NCBI GenBank assembly: GCA_019747795.1
Contig: JAIEQK010000035.1
Coordinates: 3,665-67,664 of the forward strand
DNA: 64,000 bases
Direction: 5' to 3'
From: Gammaproteobacteria bacterium
Lineage (GTDB): Bacteria > Pseudomonadota > Gammaproteobacteria > Ga0077536
Shown: piece by piece, positions 17,080-26,268 of the stretch
How the letters are laid out: the number at the start of each line of letters is the position of its first letter
Position numbering within the stretch: the first letter of the stretch is position 1
Program-made: the position numbers and the translations under genes
The notes under the pieces: generated by a model
Databases searched by the model: none
Seen by the model: only the letters and a program-made list of their open reading frames with translations
Told to the model about the DNA's origin: nothing

Positions 17080-18258
17080 TCGGAGCAAGAACCCCTTCAG
17101 GTACTCGCCTTCGGGGAAGGCCAGCGCCACCGGGTGATCAGGCGTCGCGTGCAGCTGGCGCAGCAGCTGCGCGTCCACGCCCGCGTCCTGCGCGGCGCCG
17201 GCGACGATCTTGCGGAAGAGCTCCGCGCTCACGCCGCCGGAGCACGAGAAAGTCGCGAGCAGGCCGCCGGGGCGCAACAGCTTGAGCGCGAGCAGGTTGA
17301 TGTCCTTGTAGCCGCGCGCGGCGCGTTCGGCGGTGGCGGCGGTGGGCGCGAACTTCGGCGGGTCGAGCACGATCAGGTCGAACTGGCGGCCCTGGTCGCG
17401 CAGGCGGCGCAGATGCTTGAACACGTCGTCCTCGGTCGGCGTGCAACGCGCGGCCGGCAGCTCGTTCAGCGCGAGGTGACGTTCGAGCTGAGCCAGCGCT
17501 GCTGCCGAGCTGTCCAGCGAGGTCACGTGGCGCGCGCCGCCCGCCAGCGCGGCCAGCGTGAAGCCGCCGCTGTAGCAGAACGCGTCCAGCACCTCGGCAT
17601 CGGCCGCCAGGCTGCCGACCAGCGCGCGGTTCTCGCGCTGGTCGAGGTAATGCCCGGTCTTGTGCCCGTGCGCGAGATCGATTTCCAGTTGCAGGCCGTT
17701 CTCCACGCAGCGCACGTGGGTGTCGGACAGCGCGCCGCGGAGTGGACCACTCGCCGGCGGCAGGCCCTCCACCTCCAGCACGTCGCTGTCCGAGCGCTCG
17801 TAGAGCGCACGCGCGCCGGTCTCTCGCATCAGCGTGTCGGCCAGCGTGTCGCGCCAGCGCCGCGCGCCGGCGCTGGTGGTCTGCAGCACCAGCACGTCGG
17901 CGTAGCGGTCCACCACCACGCCGGGCAGACCGTCGGATTCGCCGTGCACCAGCCGCACCGCGCCGTCGGCGGCGGTCGGCACGAGCCGCGCGCGGAGCGC
18001 CAGCGCCGCGCGAATGCGCCGCGCGAAGAAGTCCGCGTCGATGGCCTCGTCGGCCGCGAAGCTCCACGCCCGCACGCGGATGTTGGACTGCGGGCTCCAG
18101 GCGCCGATGCCGAGCGCGCGTCCGTCGTGGGCTTCGAGCGCGACGGTGTCGCCGCTGCCGGGCTCGCCACGCACTTTGTCGATGGCGCCCGAGAACACCC
18201 AGGGATGGCGACGCAGCAGCGAGCGCTCGCGGTCGCGCTTCAAGATGACTTTGATCAT
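17074..18258 (-). CDS. rlmI: 23S rRNA m5C1962 methyltransferase (class I SAM-dependent, PUA-containing)
   Basis: Internal ATG (cat 18256..18258). N-terminus is MIKVILKRDRERSLLRRHPWVFSGAI. The SAM motif is VLDAFCYSGGF...DLIVLDPP. Confidence 0.85.
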   Translation of the reverse strand: MIKVILKRDRERSLLRRHPWVFSGAIDKVRGEPGSGDTVALEAHDGRALGIGAWSPQSNIRVRAWSFAADEAIDADFFARRIRAALALRARLVPTAADGAVRLVHGESDGLPGVVVDRYADVLVLQTTSAGARRWRDTLADTLMRETGARALYERSDSDVLEVEGLPPASGPLRGALSDTHVRCVENGLQLEIDLAHGHKTGHYLDQRENRALVGSLAADAEVLDAFCYSGGFTLAALAGGARHVTSLDSSAAALAQLERHLALNELPAARCTPTEDDVFKHLRRLRDQGRQFDLIVLDPPKFAPTAATAERAARGYKDINLLALKLLRPGGLLATFSCSGGVSAELFRKIVAGAAQDAGVDAQLLRQLHATPDHPVALAFPEGEYLKGFLLRV

Positions 18259-18422
18259 GGCCGATGGAATGCGGTGACGAGGGGCGCCATGGTAACCGTT
18301 CGCGCGGGCGGGCGGCGGTGGCGCGCTGAAGTCGCAAAGTGGACACACCCCGCGCGGGGTCTGTCCCGTCGGCGTTGGGTTAGGATCGGCAGCGGGCGCC
18401 GGGCCCGAGAGCGGAGAAGAAC

Positions 18423-19190
18423 ATGCCACGCAACCAGTTCGACCTGAGCGGCAAGATTGCCGTCGTCGCCGGCGCGAGCCGCGGCATCGGCCAGGAGATC
18501 GCCAAGATCCTCGGCGAGTACGGCGCCTACGTGATCGCGCTGAGCCGCGGCGCCGACGGCTGCGCGGAGACCCTGGCGGCCATCGAGGCCCTGGGCGGCA
18601 AGGGCGAGATGCGCGCCTGCCACATCGGTCGCGTCGAACACATCGAGGCCTTCTACCGCTGGCTGGACGAGACCCATGGGCGCATCGACATCCTGGTCAA
18701 CAACGCTGCCGCCAATCCCTACTACGGGCACATCCTCGACACCGACGTCGCGTCCTTCGACAAGACGCTGGAGGTGAACCTGCGCGGCTACTTCTTCATG
18801 GCGGTGAACGCCGGCCGGCGCATGCGCGACCAGGGCCGCGGCGGCGCCATCGTCAACGTCGCCTCGGCCAACGGCCTGTCGCCCGGCGACAAGCAGGGCG
18901 TGTACTCGATCACCAAGGCCGGCATCATCAACATGGGCAAGGCGCTCGCCCGCGAGTGCGGCCGCTACAACATCCGCGTGAACTCGCTGGTGCCGGGCCT
19001 GACCCGCACCAAGTTCGCGATGGCCCTGCACGACGACGAGGAGTTCATGGCCAAGATGATGCCGCACACGCCGCTCGGTCGCGGCGCGACGCCGGACGAG
19101 ATGGCCGCGGCCGTGCTCTACCTGGTGTCCGACGCCGCGTCCTATACCACCGGCAGCTCGATCGTGGTCGACGGCGGCTATCTCGCCTGA
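18423..19190 (+). CDS. SDR family oxidoreductase
   Basis: Contains GASRGIG, NNAA, YSITKAG and a C-terminal VVDGG. Confidence 0.85.
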   Translation: MPRNQFDLSGKIAVVAGASRGIGQEIAKILGEYGAYVIALSRGADGCAETLAAIEALGGKGEMRACHIGRVEHIEAFYRWLDETHGRIDILVNNAAANPYYGHILDTDVASFDKTLEVNLRGYFFMAVNAGRRMRDQGRGGAIVNVASANGLSPGDKQGVYSITKAGIINMGKALARECGRYNIRVNSLVPGLTRTKFAMALHDDEEFMAKMMPHTPLGRGATPDEMAAAVLYLVSDAASYTTGSSIVVDGGYLA

Positions 19191-19210
19191 CGGAAAGAAG
19201 GATCGGGGCC

Positions 19211-19885
19211 ATGGCAGCGGACAATCTCGCCATCGTGTTTCGCGGCAAGCTGGTCGAAGGCGCGGCGCTCGCGCAGGTGAAGGCCAACTTCGCGCGGCTG
19301 TTCAACGCCGACGCGGCGCGCGTCGAGCAGATGTTCGCCGGCCAGGCCGTGATGATCAAAAAGGGCCTGGACGCGGCCGGCGCCGAGAAGTATCGGCAGG
19401 CGCTGGAGAAGGCCGGCGCGCTGGTGGAGATCCTGGATCTCACGGCCAGCGCACAGCCCGTGGCCAGACCGGCGGCGCCCGCGTCATCGCCCGCGCCCGC
19501 CGCAACTCCAGCCGCCGCGCCGGCCGCGAGCGCTTCTCCACCACCAACGGCGAGCGCGAACCGCGCGAACGATCCGGCCCTGGCCCGCGCAGCGCCCCCC
19601 GCGGCGCTGCGCGGCACGCCGCAGGCGCTCGAGTCCTCGCTCGCCGAGCCCGGCGTGGTGCTGGTCGAGGCGCAACACGTGGCCGCGCCGGACATCGCGA
19701 CCGATCACCTGAGCGTGGCCGCGGTCGGCGAGCGCCTGGTCGACTACACGCCGCCGCCCCCGCTGGCCTACGACCTGTCCGGGCTCAGCCTGGACGCGCC
19801 CGGTGTGACCCTGTCCGACGCGCGGCCGGCGCCGCCGCCCGAGTTCGATCTCTCCGGTTTGTCGCTGGACGACACACCGCGCTGA
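19211..19885 (+). CDS. hypothetical protein: about 75-aa N-terminal domain, Pro/Ala-rich linker and duplicated C-terminal (Y/F)DLSGLSLD motif
   Basis: ATG at 19211 within ORF 18956..19885. High GC3. No family recognised. Confidence 0.6.
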   Translation: MAADNLAIVFRGKLVEGAALAQVKANFARLFNADAARVEQMFAGQAVMIKKGLDAAGAEKYRQALEKAGALVEILDLTASAQPVARPAAPASSPAPAATPAAAPAASASPPPTASANRANDPALARAAPPAALRGTPQALESSLAEPGVVLVEAQHVAAPDIATDHLSVAAVGERLVDYTPPPPLAYDLSGLSLDAPGVTLSDARPAPPPEFDLSGLSLDDTPR

Positions 19886-19988
19886 CCTGCACCGCGCGCC
19901 GCCCGTAGGGGCGGTCGCTTCAGCGGTTCTGTGGTTCAATACCGGGCCCGGCCCACGGGGCGCCCCCAAAGCATCCGATCGAACCGAC

Positions 19989-21788
19989 ATGAGCCTGCTC
20001 CTCAACCCGCGCGACCTCGATTTCAATCTCTACGAACTGCTGGATGCCGAAGCCCTGCTGCGCACGCCGCGCTACGCGGAGCACGATCGCGCGGTGTTCG
20101 ACGCGGTGATCGAGGCGGCGCGGGTGCTGGCCGAAGAGAAGTTCGCGCCCTTCGCCGCCAAGCTCGACGCCAACGAGCCGACCTTCGACGGCGAGCGCGT
20201 GCACTGCATCCCGGAACTTCAGGAGGCGCTGGACGCGCTGGTCGCCGGCGGCTTCATGGGCATCGCGGCCGAGGCCGAGGACGGCGGCATGCAGCTGCCC
20301 TGGGTCATCTGCCAGGCGGTCGCCGCCTGGTTCGGCGCGGCCGACGTCTCGGCCGACGCCTACCGCCTGCTCGCGCAGGGCGTGATCAACCTGCTGACCG
20401 AGTTCGGCAGCGACGAGCAGAAGGCACGCTACCTGCGGCCGCTGATCGAAGGCCGCTTCTTCGGCACCATGTGCCTGTCCGAGCCGCAGGCCGGCTCGTC
20501 CCTGTCCGACATCCAGCTGCGCGCCGAGCCGAGCGAGCACGGCTGGTATTCGATCAAGGGCACCAAGATGTGGATCTCGGGCGGCGAGCACTCGCTGTCC
20601 GAGAACATCGTGCACATGGTGCTGGCGAAGATTCCCGGCGGCCCGCCGGGCGTGAAGGGCATCTCGCTGTTCGTGGTACCGAAGTTCCGCGTGGAGGACG
20701 ACGGCAGCCTGGGCGCGCACAACAACGTGCAGCTCATGGGCTTGAATCACAAGATGGGTTTCCGCGGCACCACCAACACGGTGCTGTCCTTCGGCGAGAA
20801 GGGCGAGTGCCGCGGCTGGCTGGTGGGGCCGATGCACCAAGGCCTGTTCTGCATGTTCCGCATGATGAACGAGATGCGCATCGGCGTGGGCCTGTGCGCG
20901 ACGGTGCTGGGCTACACCGCCTACCTGCATTCGCTGAAGTACGCGCGCGAGCGCCCCCAGGGCCGCCATCCGCAGGAGAAGAATCCGCAGGCGCCGCAGG
21001 TGCCGATCATCCAGCACGCCGACATCAAGCGCCTGCTGCTCGCGCAGAAGGCCGCGGCCGAGGGCGCCTTCGCGCTGGTCATGCACTGCGCGTGGCTGAT
21101 CGACCAGCAGCGCACCCTGACCGACGCGGCCGAGAAGCAGCACGTCTCGCGCCTGCTCGACATCCTGACGCCGATCGCCAAGTCCTGGCCGTCGGAGTTC
21201 TGCCTCGAGGGCAACAAGCACGCCATCCAGATCCTCGGCGGCTACGGCTACACCCGCGAGTTTCCGCTCGAGCGCCTGTATCGCGACGGTCGGCTGAACC
21301 CGATACACGAGGGCACCCATGGCATCCAGGCACTGGATCTCCTCGGGCGCAAGGTCAGCCTGGAAGGCGGCGCGGTGCTGGATGCGCTTCTGATCGAATA
21401 CCGCCGGACCCTGGCCGAGGCCGCGCCGGTCGCGGCGCTGTCCGAGTACCGTGCGGCCCTGACCGCCGCCATCGCGGAGATCACCGACGCCACTGCCGCG
21501 CTGACCGCGCTCAGGGACAGCGGCGAGGTGAACCTCGCGCTCGCCAATGCCACGCCCTATCTCGATGCCTTCGGCCACGTCGTGCTGGGCTGGATGTGGC
21601 TGCGCCAGGCCCTGGTCGCGCAGCGCGCGCTCGGCACCGCCACCGGCAGCGACCTCGACTTCTACCGCGGCAAGCTCTCCGCCTGCCGTTACTTCTACCG
21701 TTACGAACTGCCCAAGGTGGCCGAGCGCTGTGCGTTGCTGAAGAGCTTCGACGACACCTGCCTCGCCGCCGACGAGCAGTGGTTCTGA
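19989..21788 (+). CDS. large acyl-CoA dehydrogenase (FadE-like, with extra C-terminal domain)
   Basis: 599 aa. Contains GTMCLSEPQAGSSLSD, WISGGEH and ILGGYGYTREFPLERLYRD. Confidence 0.85.
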   Translation: MSLLLNPRDLDFNLYELLDAEALLRTPRYAEHDRAVFDAVIEAARVLAEEKFAPFAAKLDANEPTFDGERVHCIPELQEALDALVAGGFMGIAAEAEDGGMQLPWVICQAVAAWFGAADVSADAYRLLAQGVINLLTEFGSDEQKARYLRPLIEGRFFGTMCLSEPQAGSSLSDIQLRAEPSEHGWYSIKGTKMWISGGEHSLSENIVHMVLAKIPGGPPGVKGISLFVVPKFRVEDDGSLGAHNNVQLMGLNHKMGFRGTTNTVLSFGEKGECRGWLVGPMHQGLFCMFRMMNEMRIGVGLCATVLGYTAYLHSLKYARERPQGRHPQEKNPQAPQVPIIQHADIKRLLLAQKAAAEGAFALVMHCAWLIDQQRTLTDAAEKQHVSRLLDILTPIAKSWPSEFCLEGNKHAIQILGGYGYTREFPLERLYRDGRLNPIHEGTHGIQALDLLGRKVSLEGGAVLDALLIEYRRTLAEAAPVAALSEYRAALTAAIAEITDATAALTALRDSGEVNLALANATPYLDAFGHVVLGWMWLRQALVAQRALGTATGSDLDFYRGKLSACRYFYRYELPKVAERCALLKSFDDTCLAADEQWF

Positions 21789-21802
21789 AGCAGGATCCCG
21801 TC

Positions 21803-23437
21803 ATGAGCCAGCAGCCGTCTTCCAGCCAGACCTACGACCAGGCACGCGCCGCCTTCCAGTGGGCGCCCCCCGCGCAGTTCAACTTCGCGCGCGACGTCAT
21901 CGACCAGTGGGCAATGAAGGATCCCGCCAAGCTCGCGATCTGGTGGGTGGACGATCACGGTCACGAACAGAAGCGCACCTTCGCCGAGGTGCGCGATCGC
22001 TCCTGCATGCTGGCCAACGCGCTCAGCGCCGCGGGCGTCAAGCGCGGCGACACCATCGTGCTGATGCTCGGGCGCAACCTCGAATGGTGGGAAATCGTCA
22101 CCGCCGGTATCCGCATGGGCGTGGTGCTGTCGCCGGGCACCACCCAGTTGTCGCCCAAGGACATTGCCTACCGCATGAACGCGGCCAAGGCGGTGGCCTT
22201 CATCACCGACGCGGCCAACGCCGCCAAGCTCGATGAAGTCGCGGACCAGTGCCCGACGCTCCGCGCGCGCATCCTGGTGGATGGCCGACGCGACGGCTGG
22301 ACGAGCTATGCCGACCTCATGCAGGGCGCGTCCAAGGACTTCACCGCGGCCGACACCGCGTTCACCGAGGACGCGCTGTGCTACTTCACGTCCGGCACCA
22401 CCGGCTACCCGAAGATGACCATGCATGGTCACGGCTACGGCCTCGCGCACCAGATCACCGGGCGCTTCTGGCTCGATCTCACGCCTGACGACCTGCACTG
22501 GAACATCAGCGACACCGGCTGGGCCAAGGCCGCCTACAGCTCCTACTTCGGCCCGTGGAACATGGGCGCGACGCTGTTCGTGCATCACTCGCCGGTGTTC
22601 GATCCAAAGAAGACGCTGGATCTGCTCTCGACCTATCCCATCACCACGCTGTGCGGCGCGCCGACCGTGTATCGCATGGTGGTGCTGCAGGATCTCTCGC
22701 AGTATCGCTTTCCCCACCTGCGCCACTGCGTCGGCGCGGGCGAGCCGCTCAACCCCGAGGTCATCGAGACCTGGCAGCGCGCCACCGGCCTCGTGATCCG
22801 CGACGGCTACGGCCAGACCGAAACAGTGCTGGTGTGCGGCAACCATCCGTCCATCGAGCCGCGCTTCGGCTCCATGGGCAAGCCCATGCCGGGCATCGAG
22901 ATGGCGATCATCGACGAGCAGGGCCAGCCGCTGCCGCCCGACCAGGAGGGTGACATCGCGATCCGCGTGAAGCCGCGGCGCGCGCCGGGCCTCTTTACCG
23001 ACTATCGCGGCGATCCGGACCGCTACAACGCCTGCTTCCTCGGCGACTGGTACCTGACCGGTGACCGCGGCACGGTCGACGCCGATGGTTACTTCTGGTT
23101 CGTCGGCCGCGCCGACGACGTGATCCTCTCGGCCGGCTATCGCATCGGACCGTTCGAGGTCGAGAGCGCGCTGATCGAACACCCGGCGGTCGCGGAGTCC
23201 GCGGTGGTGGCGAGTCCCGACGCGCTGCGCGGCGACGTGGTCAAGGCCTTCGTCGTGCTCGCGCCCGGCTACACCGGCAGCGACGCGCTGGTGGTCGAGC
23301 TGCAGGAGCACGTGAAACGCGTCACCGCGCCCTACAAGTACCCGCGGCGCATCGAGTTCGTCGAGAGCCTGCCGAAGACCGTGAGCGGCAAGATTCGCCG
23401 CGTGGAGCTCCGCCAGCGGGAGGCGGGGACGGGTTGA
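21803..23437 (+). CDS. AMP-forming acyl-CoA synthetase (medium-chain/ACSM-like)
   Basis: ATG at 21803 inside the 1168-aa read-through ORF. Contains YFTSGTTGYPK, DGYGQTE, YLTGDRG and PKTVSGKIRR. Confidence 0.85.
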   Translation: MSQQPSSSQTYDQARAAFQWAPPAQFNFARDVIDQWAMKDPAKLAIWWVDDHGHEQKRTFAEVRDRSCMLANALSAAGVKRGDTIVLMLGRNLEWWEIVTAGIRMGVVLSPGTTQLSPKDIAYRMNAAKAVAFITDAANAAKLDEVADQCPTLRARILVDGRRDGWTSYADLMQGASKDFTAADTAFTEDALCYFTSGTTGYPKMTMHGHGYGLAHQITGRFWLDLTPDDLHWNISDTGWAKAAYSSYFGPWNMGATLFVHHSPVFDPKKTLDLLSTYPITTLCGAPTVYRMVVLQDLSQYRFPHLRHCVGAGEPLNPEVIETWQRATGLVIRDGYGQTETVLVCGNHPSIEPRFGSMGKPMPGIEMAIIDEQGQPLPPDQEGDIAIRVKPRRAPGLFTDYRGDPDRYNACFLGDWYLTGDRGTVDADGYFWFVGRADDVILSAGYRIGPFEVESALIEHPAVAESAVVASPDALRGDVVKAFVVLAPGYTGSDALVVELQEHVKRVTAPYKYPRRIEFVESLPKTVSGKIRRVELRQREAGTG

Positions 23438-23449
23438 AGCTGCGCCGCC

Positions 23450-23550
23450 CCGTAGGTCGGACTTCAGTCCGACATTGTCTGCCAGAGTTTGAACATCGAC
23501 CTCTTGGTGGGCGCAGGGTCATGAATGTCGGACTGAAGTCCGACCTACAG
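23450..23550. repeat. REPIN (inverted REP doublet)
   Basis: ccgtaggtcggacttcagtccgacattg (23450..23477) and gaatgtcggactgaagtccgacctacag (23523..23550) are in inverted orientation, about 45 nt apart. Confidence 0.9.
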
Positions 23551-23564
23551 GGCGGGTGGGCTCG

Positions 23565-24965
23565 ATGCTGACCGCCGCGCCCGAAGACGTCGACGACGCC
23601 ACGCGGCGCGCGGCGATGGTCATGATCATGCTGAGCTCGGTGGCGACGGCGATGATGCTCTCCACCGTGCACGTTGCCCTGCCGGGCATCGCGCGCTCGC
23701 TGCACGTCGATGCGGTCACGCTGTCCTGGGTGCCGATGGCCTACCTGCTGGCGAGCGCGTCCTGCGTGCTGGCCTTCGCGCGCCTGGCGGACATGTACGG
23801 GCGCCGGCGACTGTTCCTGATCGGCACGGTCGGCGTGGTGGTCGCCTCGCTGATCGCCGCCGGCGCCATCAACACGCCCATGCTGCTCGCCGCGCGCGTG
23901 CTGCAGGGCGCTTCGGCGGCCGGCCTGTTCGCCACGCAGATCGCGATCGTGTCCTCGGTGTATTCAGCGGCGCAGCGCGGCGCGGCCATCGGTGCGACCA
24001 TCTCGGCGGTGTACGTCGGCCTGTCCCTCGGACCCGTGGTGGGCGGACAGCTGATCGAGTGGGCCTCGTGGCGTGCCGCTTTCCTCCCCCACCTGCCGCT
24101 GACGCTCGTCGCCCTGTGGCTGGGGCTCGCGCGCATGCGCTTCGAGTGGCGCGAGGAGCGGCCCGGCGCCTTCGACATCGGCGGCGCGCTGCTCTACGCC
24201 TGTTCGATGATCGCGCTCATGGTCGGTCTCTCGCGCCTGCCCGCGCTGAACGGTGCGCTGCTCGCGCTGCTCGGCGCTGGACTGCTGTGGCTCTTCTTTC
24301 GCCACGAGCACGGTCGACCCGACGCGCTGTTCGACGTGGAGCTCTTCTACACCAACCGCGTGTTCACGCTGTCCTGTCTCGCCTCGCTCGTGATGTACAC
24401 CGCGACCTTCGCCAACGTCATGCTGGTGAGTCTTTATCTCCAGTACCTGAAGGACGTGCCACCGTCGCGGGCCGGGCTCATCATGATGACCCAGCCGCTG
24501 GTGATGGCGGTGTTCTCGCCGCTCGCCGGCAAGCTGTCGGACCGCATCGAACCGCGCGTGATCGCGTCCATCGGCATGGGCGTCACCGCGCTCGGACTCG
24601 CCGGCTTCGCCTTCCTGCGCGCGGATTCACCTCTCGGTCTCACGGTCGCCTGCCTCGGCGTGTGCGGCTTCGGCTTCAGTCTCTTCAGCTCACCCAACGT
24701 CAACGCCATCATGGGCGCGGTCGACAGGAGCGCGTATTCCCGCGCCTCCGGCGCGATGTCGGTGATGCGCGTGATGGGCCAGCTGACCAGCATGGCGCTG
24801 GTCGCGGTGCTGATGGCGCTGTGGCTCGGGCCGGTGACCATCGAACCGAGCGTCTATCCGCAGCTCGCGCGCGCCATCGACGGCTGCTTCGCGGTCGCGG
24901 CGGTGCTGTGCACGCTCGGCATCGCGCTGTCCCTGTCCCGCGGCCGCATGCACGCGGCGCGGTGA
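23565..24965 (+). CDS. MFS transporter (DHA2/EmrB-like, about 14 TM)
   Basis: Hydrophobic profile fits. The MFS loop motif is LADMYGRRRLF. The ATG at 23565 is used; a GTG at 23556 is also possible. Confidence 0.8.
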   Translation: MLTAAPEDVDDATRRAAMVMIMLSSVATAMMLSTVHVALPGIARSLHVDAVTLSWVPMAYLLASASCVLAFARLADMYGRRRLFLIGTVGVVVASLIAAGAINTPMLLAARVLQGASAAGLFATQIAIVSSVYSAAQRGAAIGATISAVYVGLSLGPVVGGQLIEWASWRAAFLPHLPLTLVALWLGLARMRFEWREERPGAFDIGGALLYACSMIALMVGLSRLPALNGALLALLGAGLLWLFFRHEHGRPDALFDVELFYTNRVFTLSCLASLVMYTATFANVMLVSLYLQYLKDVPPSRAGLIMMTQPLVMAVFSPLAGKLSDRIEPRVIASIGMGVTALGLAGFAFLRADSPLGLTVACLGVCGFGFSLFSSPNVNAIMGAVDRSAYSRASGAMSVMRVMGQLTSMALVAVLMALWLGPVTIEPSVYPQLARAIDGCFAVAAVLCTLGIALSLSRGRMHAAR

Positions 24966-26137
24966 ACGCGACCGCCGGTCTCCACCGGCGGCTGTGGCTG
25001 CCGCTCTACCTGCCCGCGCTGCTGCTCGGCGTGCCCGCGCAGGCGGGCTTCGTGCTGCTGCCGCTCGCGGTCCTCGATCGAGGCGCGGGCGCGGCGGCAG
25101 CGGCGGCGGTGGTCGGTCTGCGCGGCCTCGGCATGATGGCGCTCGACATCCCCGCCGGCATGCTCGCCGCGCGTTACGGCGAACGCGCGGTGATGAGCGT
25201 GGCGGTCGCCCTGCTGGCGCTGTCCTTCGTCGGCTACGGGCTCGCGGAGGACGTCGGCTGGTTCTATCTGGTCGCCTTCCTGAACGGCGCCGGCAGCAGC
25301 ACCTTCCTGGTCGGACGACTCAGCTACGTCTCGGCCTACTGCGCGGCGGGCGAGCGCGGCCGCGCGATCTCGATGATCGCCGCCACTGTGCGCGCGGCCG
25401 CGCTGCTCGGGCCGCTGGCCGGGGGCGCCGCGGCCCACGCCTTCGGCTACCAGGCGACCTTTCTCGGCGCCGCGCTGTGCATGCTGGTCGGGCTGGTGTG
25501 CGTGTTCCTCTTCACCACCGGCGGCGCGCAGGGCGAGCGCGCGCTTGGCTGGCGCGGCGTGCCGCGGCTCGCGTGGGAACAGCGCCGCGTGTTCGCCACC
25601 TACGGGGTGGCGGCCGTGTGCTTCATGCTGATGCGCGAGGCGCGCAGCGTGCTGCTGCCGCTGATCGGCGCCTCGCTGCACCTGGACGCGCGCGCCATCG
25701 GCGGCATCGTCTCGGCATCGGCCCTGGTCGACGTGGCCTGCACCTATCCGGCGGGCGTGATCATGGACAGGCATGGCCGGCGCGCGACGGCGGTGCCGAG
25801 TTCGCTCCTCTTCGTCGTGAGCCTGGTCGCGCTGGCCTGTACCAGCGGCTACTACAGCCTGCTCGCCGCGGCGCTGCTCGCGGGGCTCGCCAACGGGCTC
25901 TCCTCCGGCATCGTCATGACGCTCGGCACCGATCTCGCGCCGCCCGAGCGGCGTGGTGAATTCTTAGGCGTGTGGCGCCTGCTGACCGACGCCGGCAGCG
26001 TGCTCGGGCCGATGGCGATCAGCGCGGTGGTGACGGTCGCGCCGCTGGCGCTGGCGACGCTCGCGGTCGCGGGCTTGGGGGGACTGGGGAGCTGGGTCGT
26101 GTATCGCTACGTGCGGGAGACGCTTACGGACGTGTAG
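24962..26137 (+). CDS. MFS transporter (12 TM type)
   Basis: An in-frame GTG at 24962 overlaps the upstream stop (GTGA). The hydrophobic profile fits. The loop is DRHGRRAT. The upstream 300 codons of ORF 24059..26137 look non-coding. Confidence 0.75.
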   Translation: MNATAGLHRRLWLPLYLPALLLGVPAQAGFVLLPLAVLDRGAGAAAAAAVVGLRGLGMMALDIPAGMLAARYGERAVMSVAVALLALSFVGYGLAEDVGWFYLVAFLNGAGSSTFLVGRLSYVSAYCAAGERGRAISMIAATVRAAALLGPLAGGAAAHAFGYQATFLGAALCMLVGLVCVFLFTTGGAQGERALGWRGVPRLAWEQRRVFATYGVAAVCFMLMREARSVLLPLIGASLHLDARAIGGIVSASALVDVACTYPAGVIMDRHGRRATAVPSSLLFVVSLVALACTSGYYSLLAAALLAGLANGLSSGIVMTLGTDLAPPERRGEFLGVWRLLTDAGSVLGPMAISAVVTVAPLALATLAVAGLGGLGSWVVYRYVRETLTDV

Positions 26138-26247
26138 GTCGGACTTCAGTCCGACATTCCTTTCGGAGCCCCGATGAGCGCCCTGGAATCGAATGGCGGG
26201 TTGAAACCCGCCCTACACTCGAATGTCGGACTGAAGTTCGACCTACG
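26132..26247. repeat. REP cluster (three units)
   Basis: Units are gtgtaggtcggacttcagtccgacattc (26132..26159), gaatggcgggttgaaacccgccctacac (26191..26218) and cgaatgtcggactgaagttcgacctacg (26220..26247). Confidence 0.9.
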
Positions 26248-26268
26248 GGCCTCTCTTCCGAGCCGCCG

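Noticed and set aside
19931-23437. A 1168-aa ORF spanning the acyl-CoA dehydrogenase and acyl-CoA synthetase region.
   Set aside because: Its first roughly 620 codons overlap the well-supported ACAD gene in another frame and translate to Arg/Gly/Pro-rich low-complexity sequence. Only the part from the ATG at 21803 has AMP-binding enzyme motifs. This is a high-GC read-through artefact.
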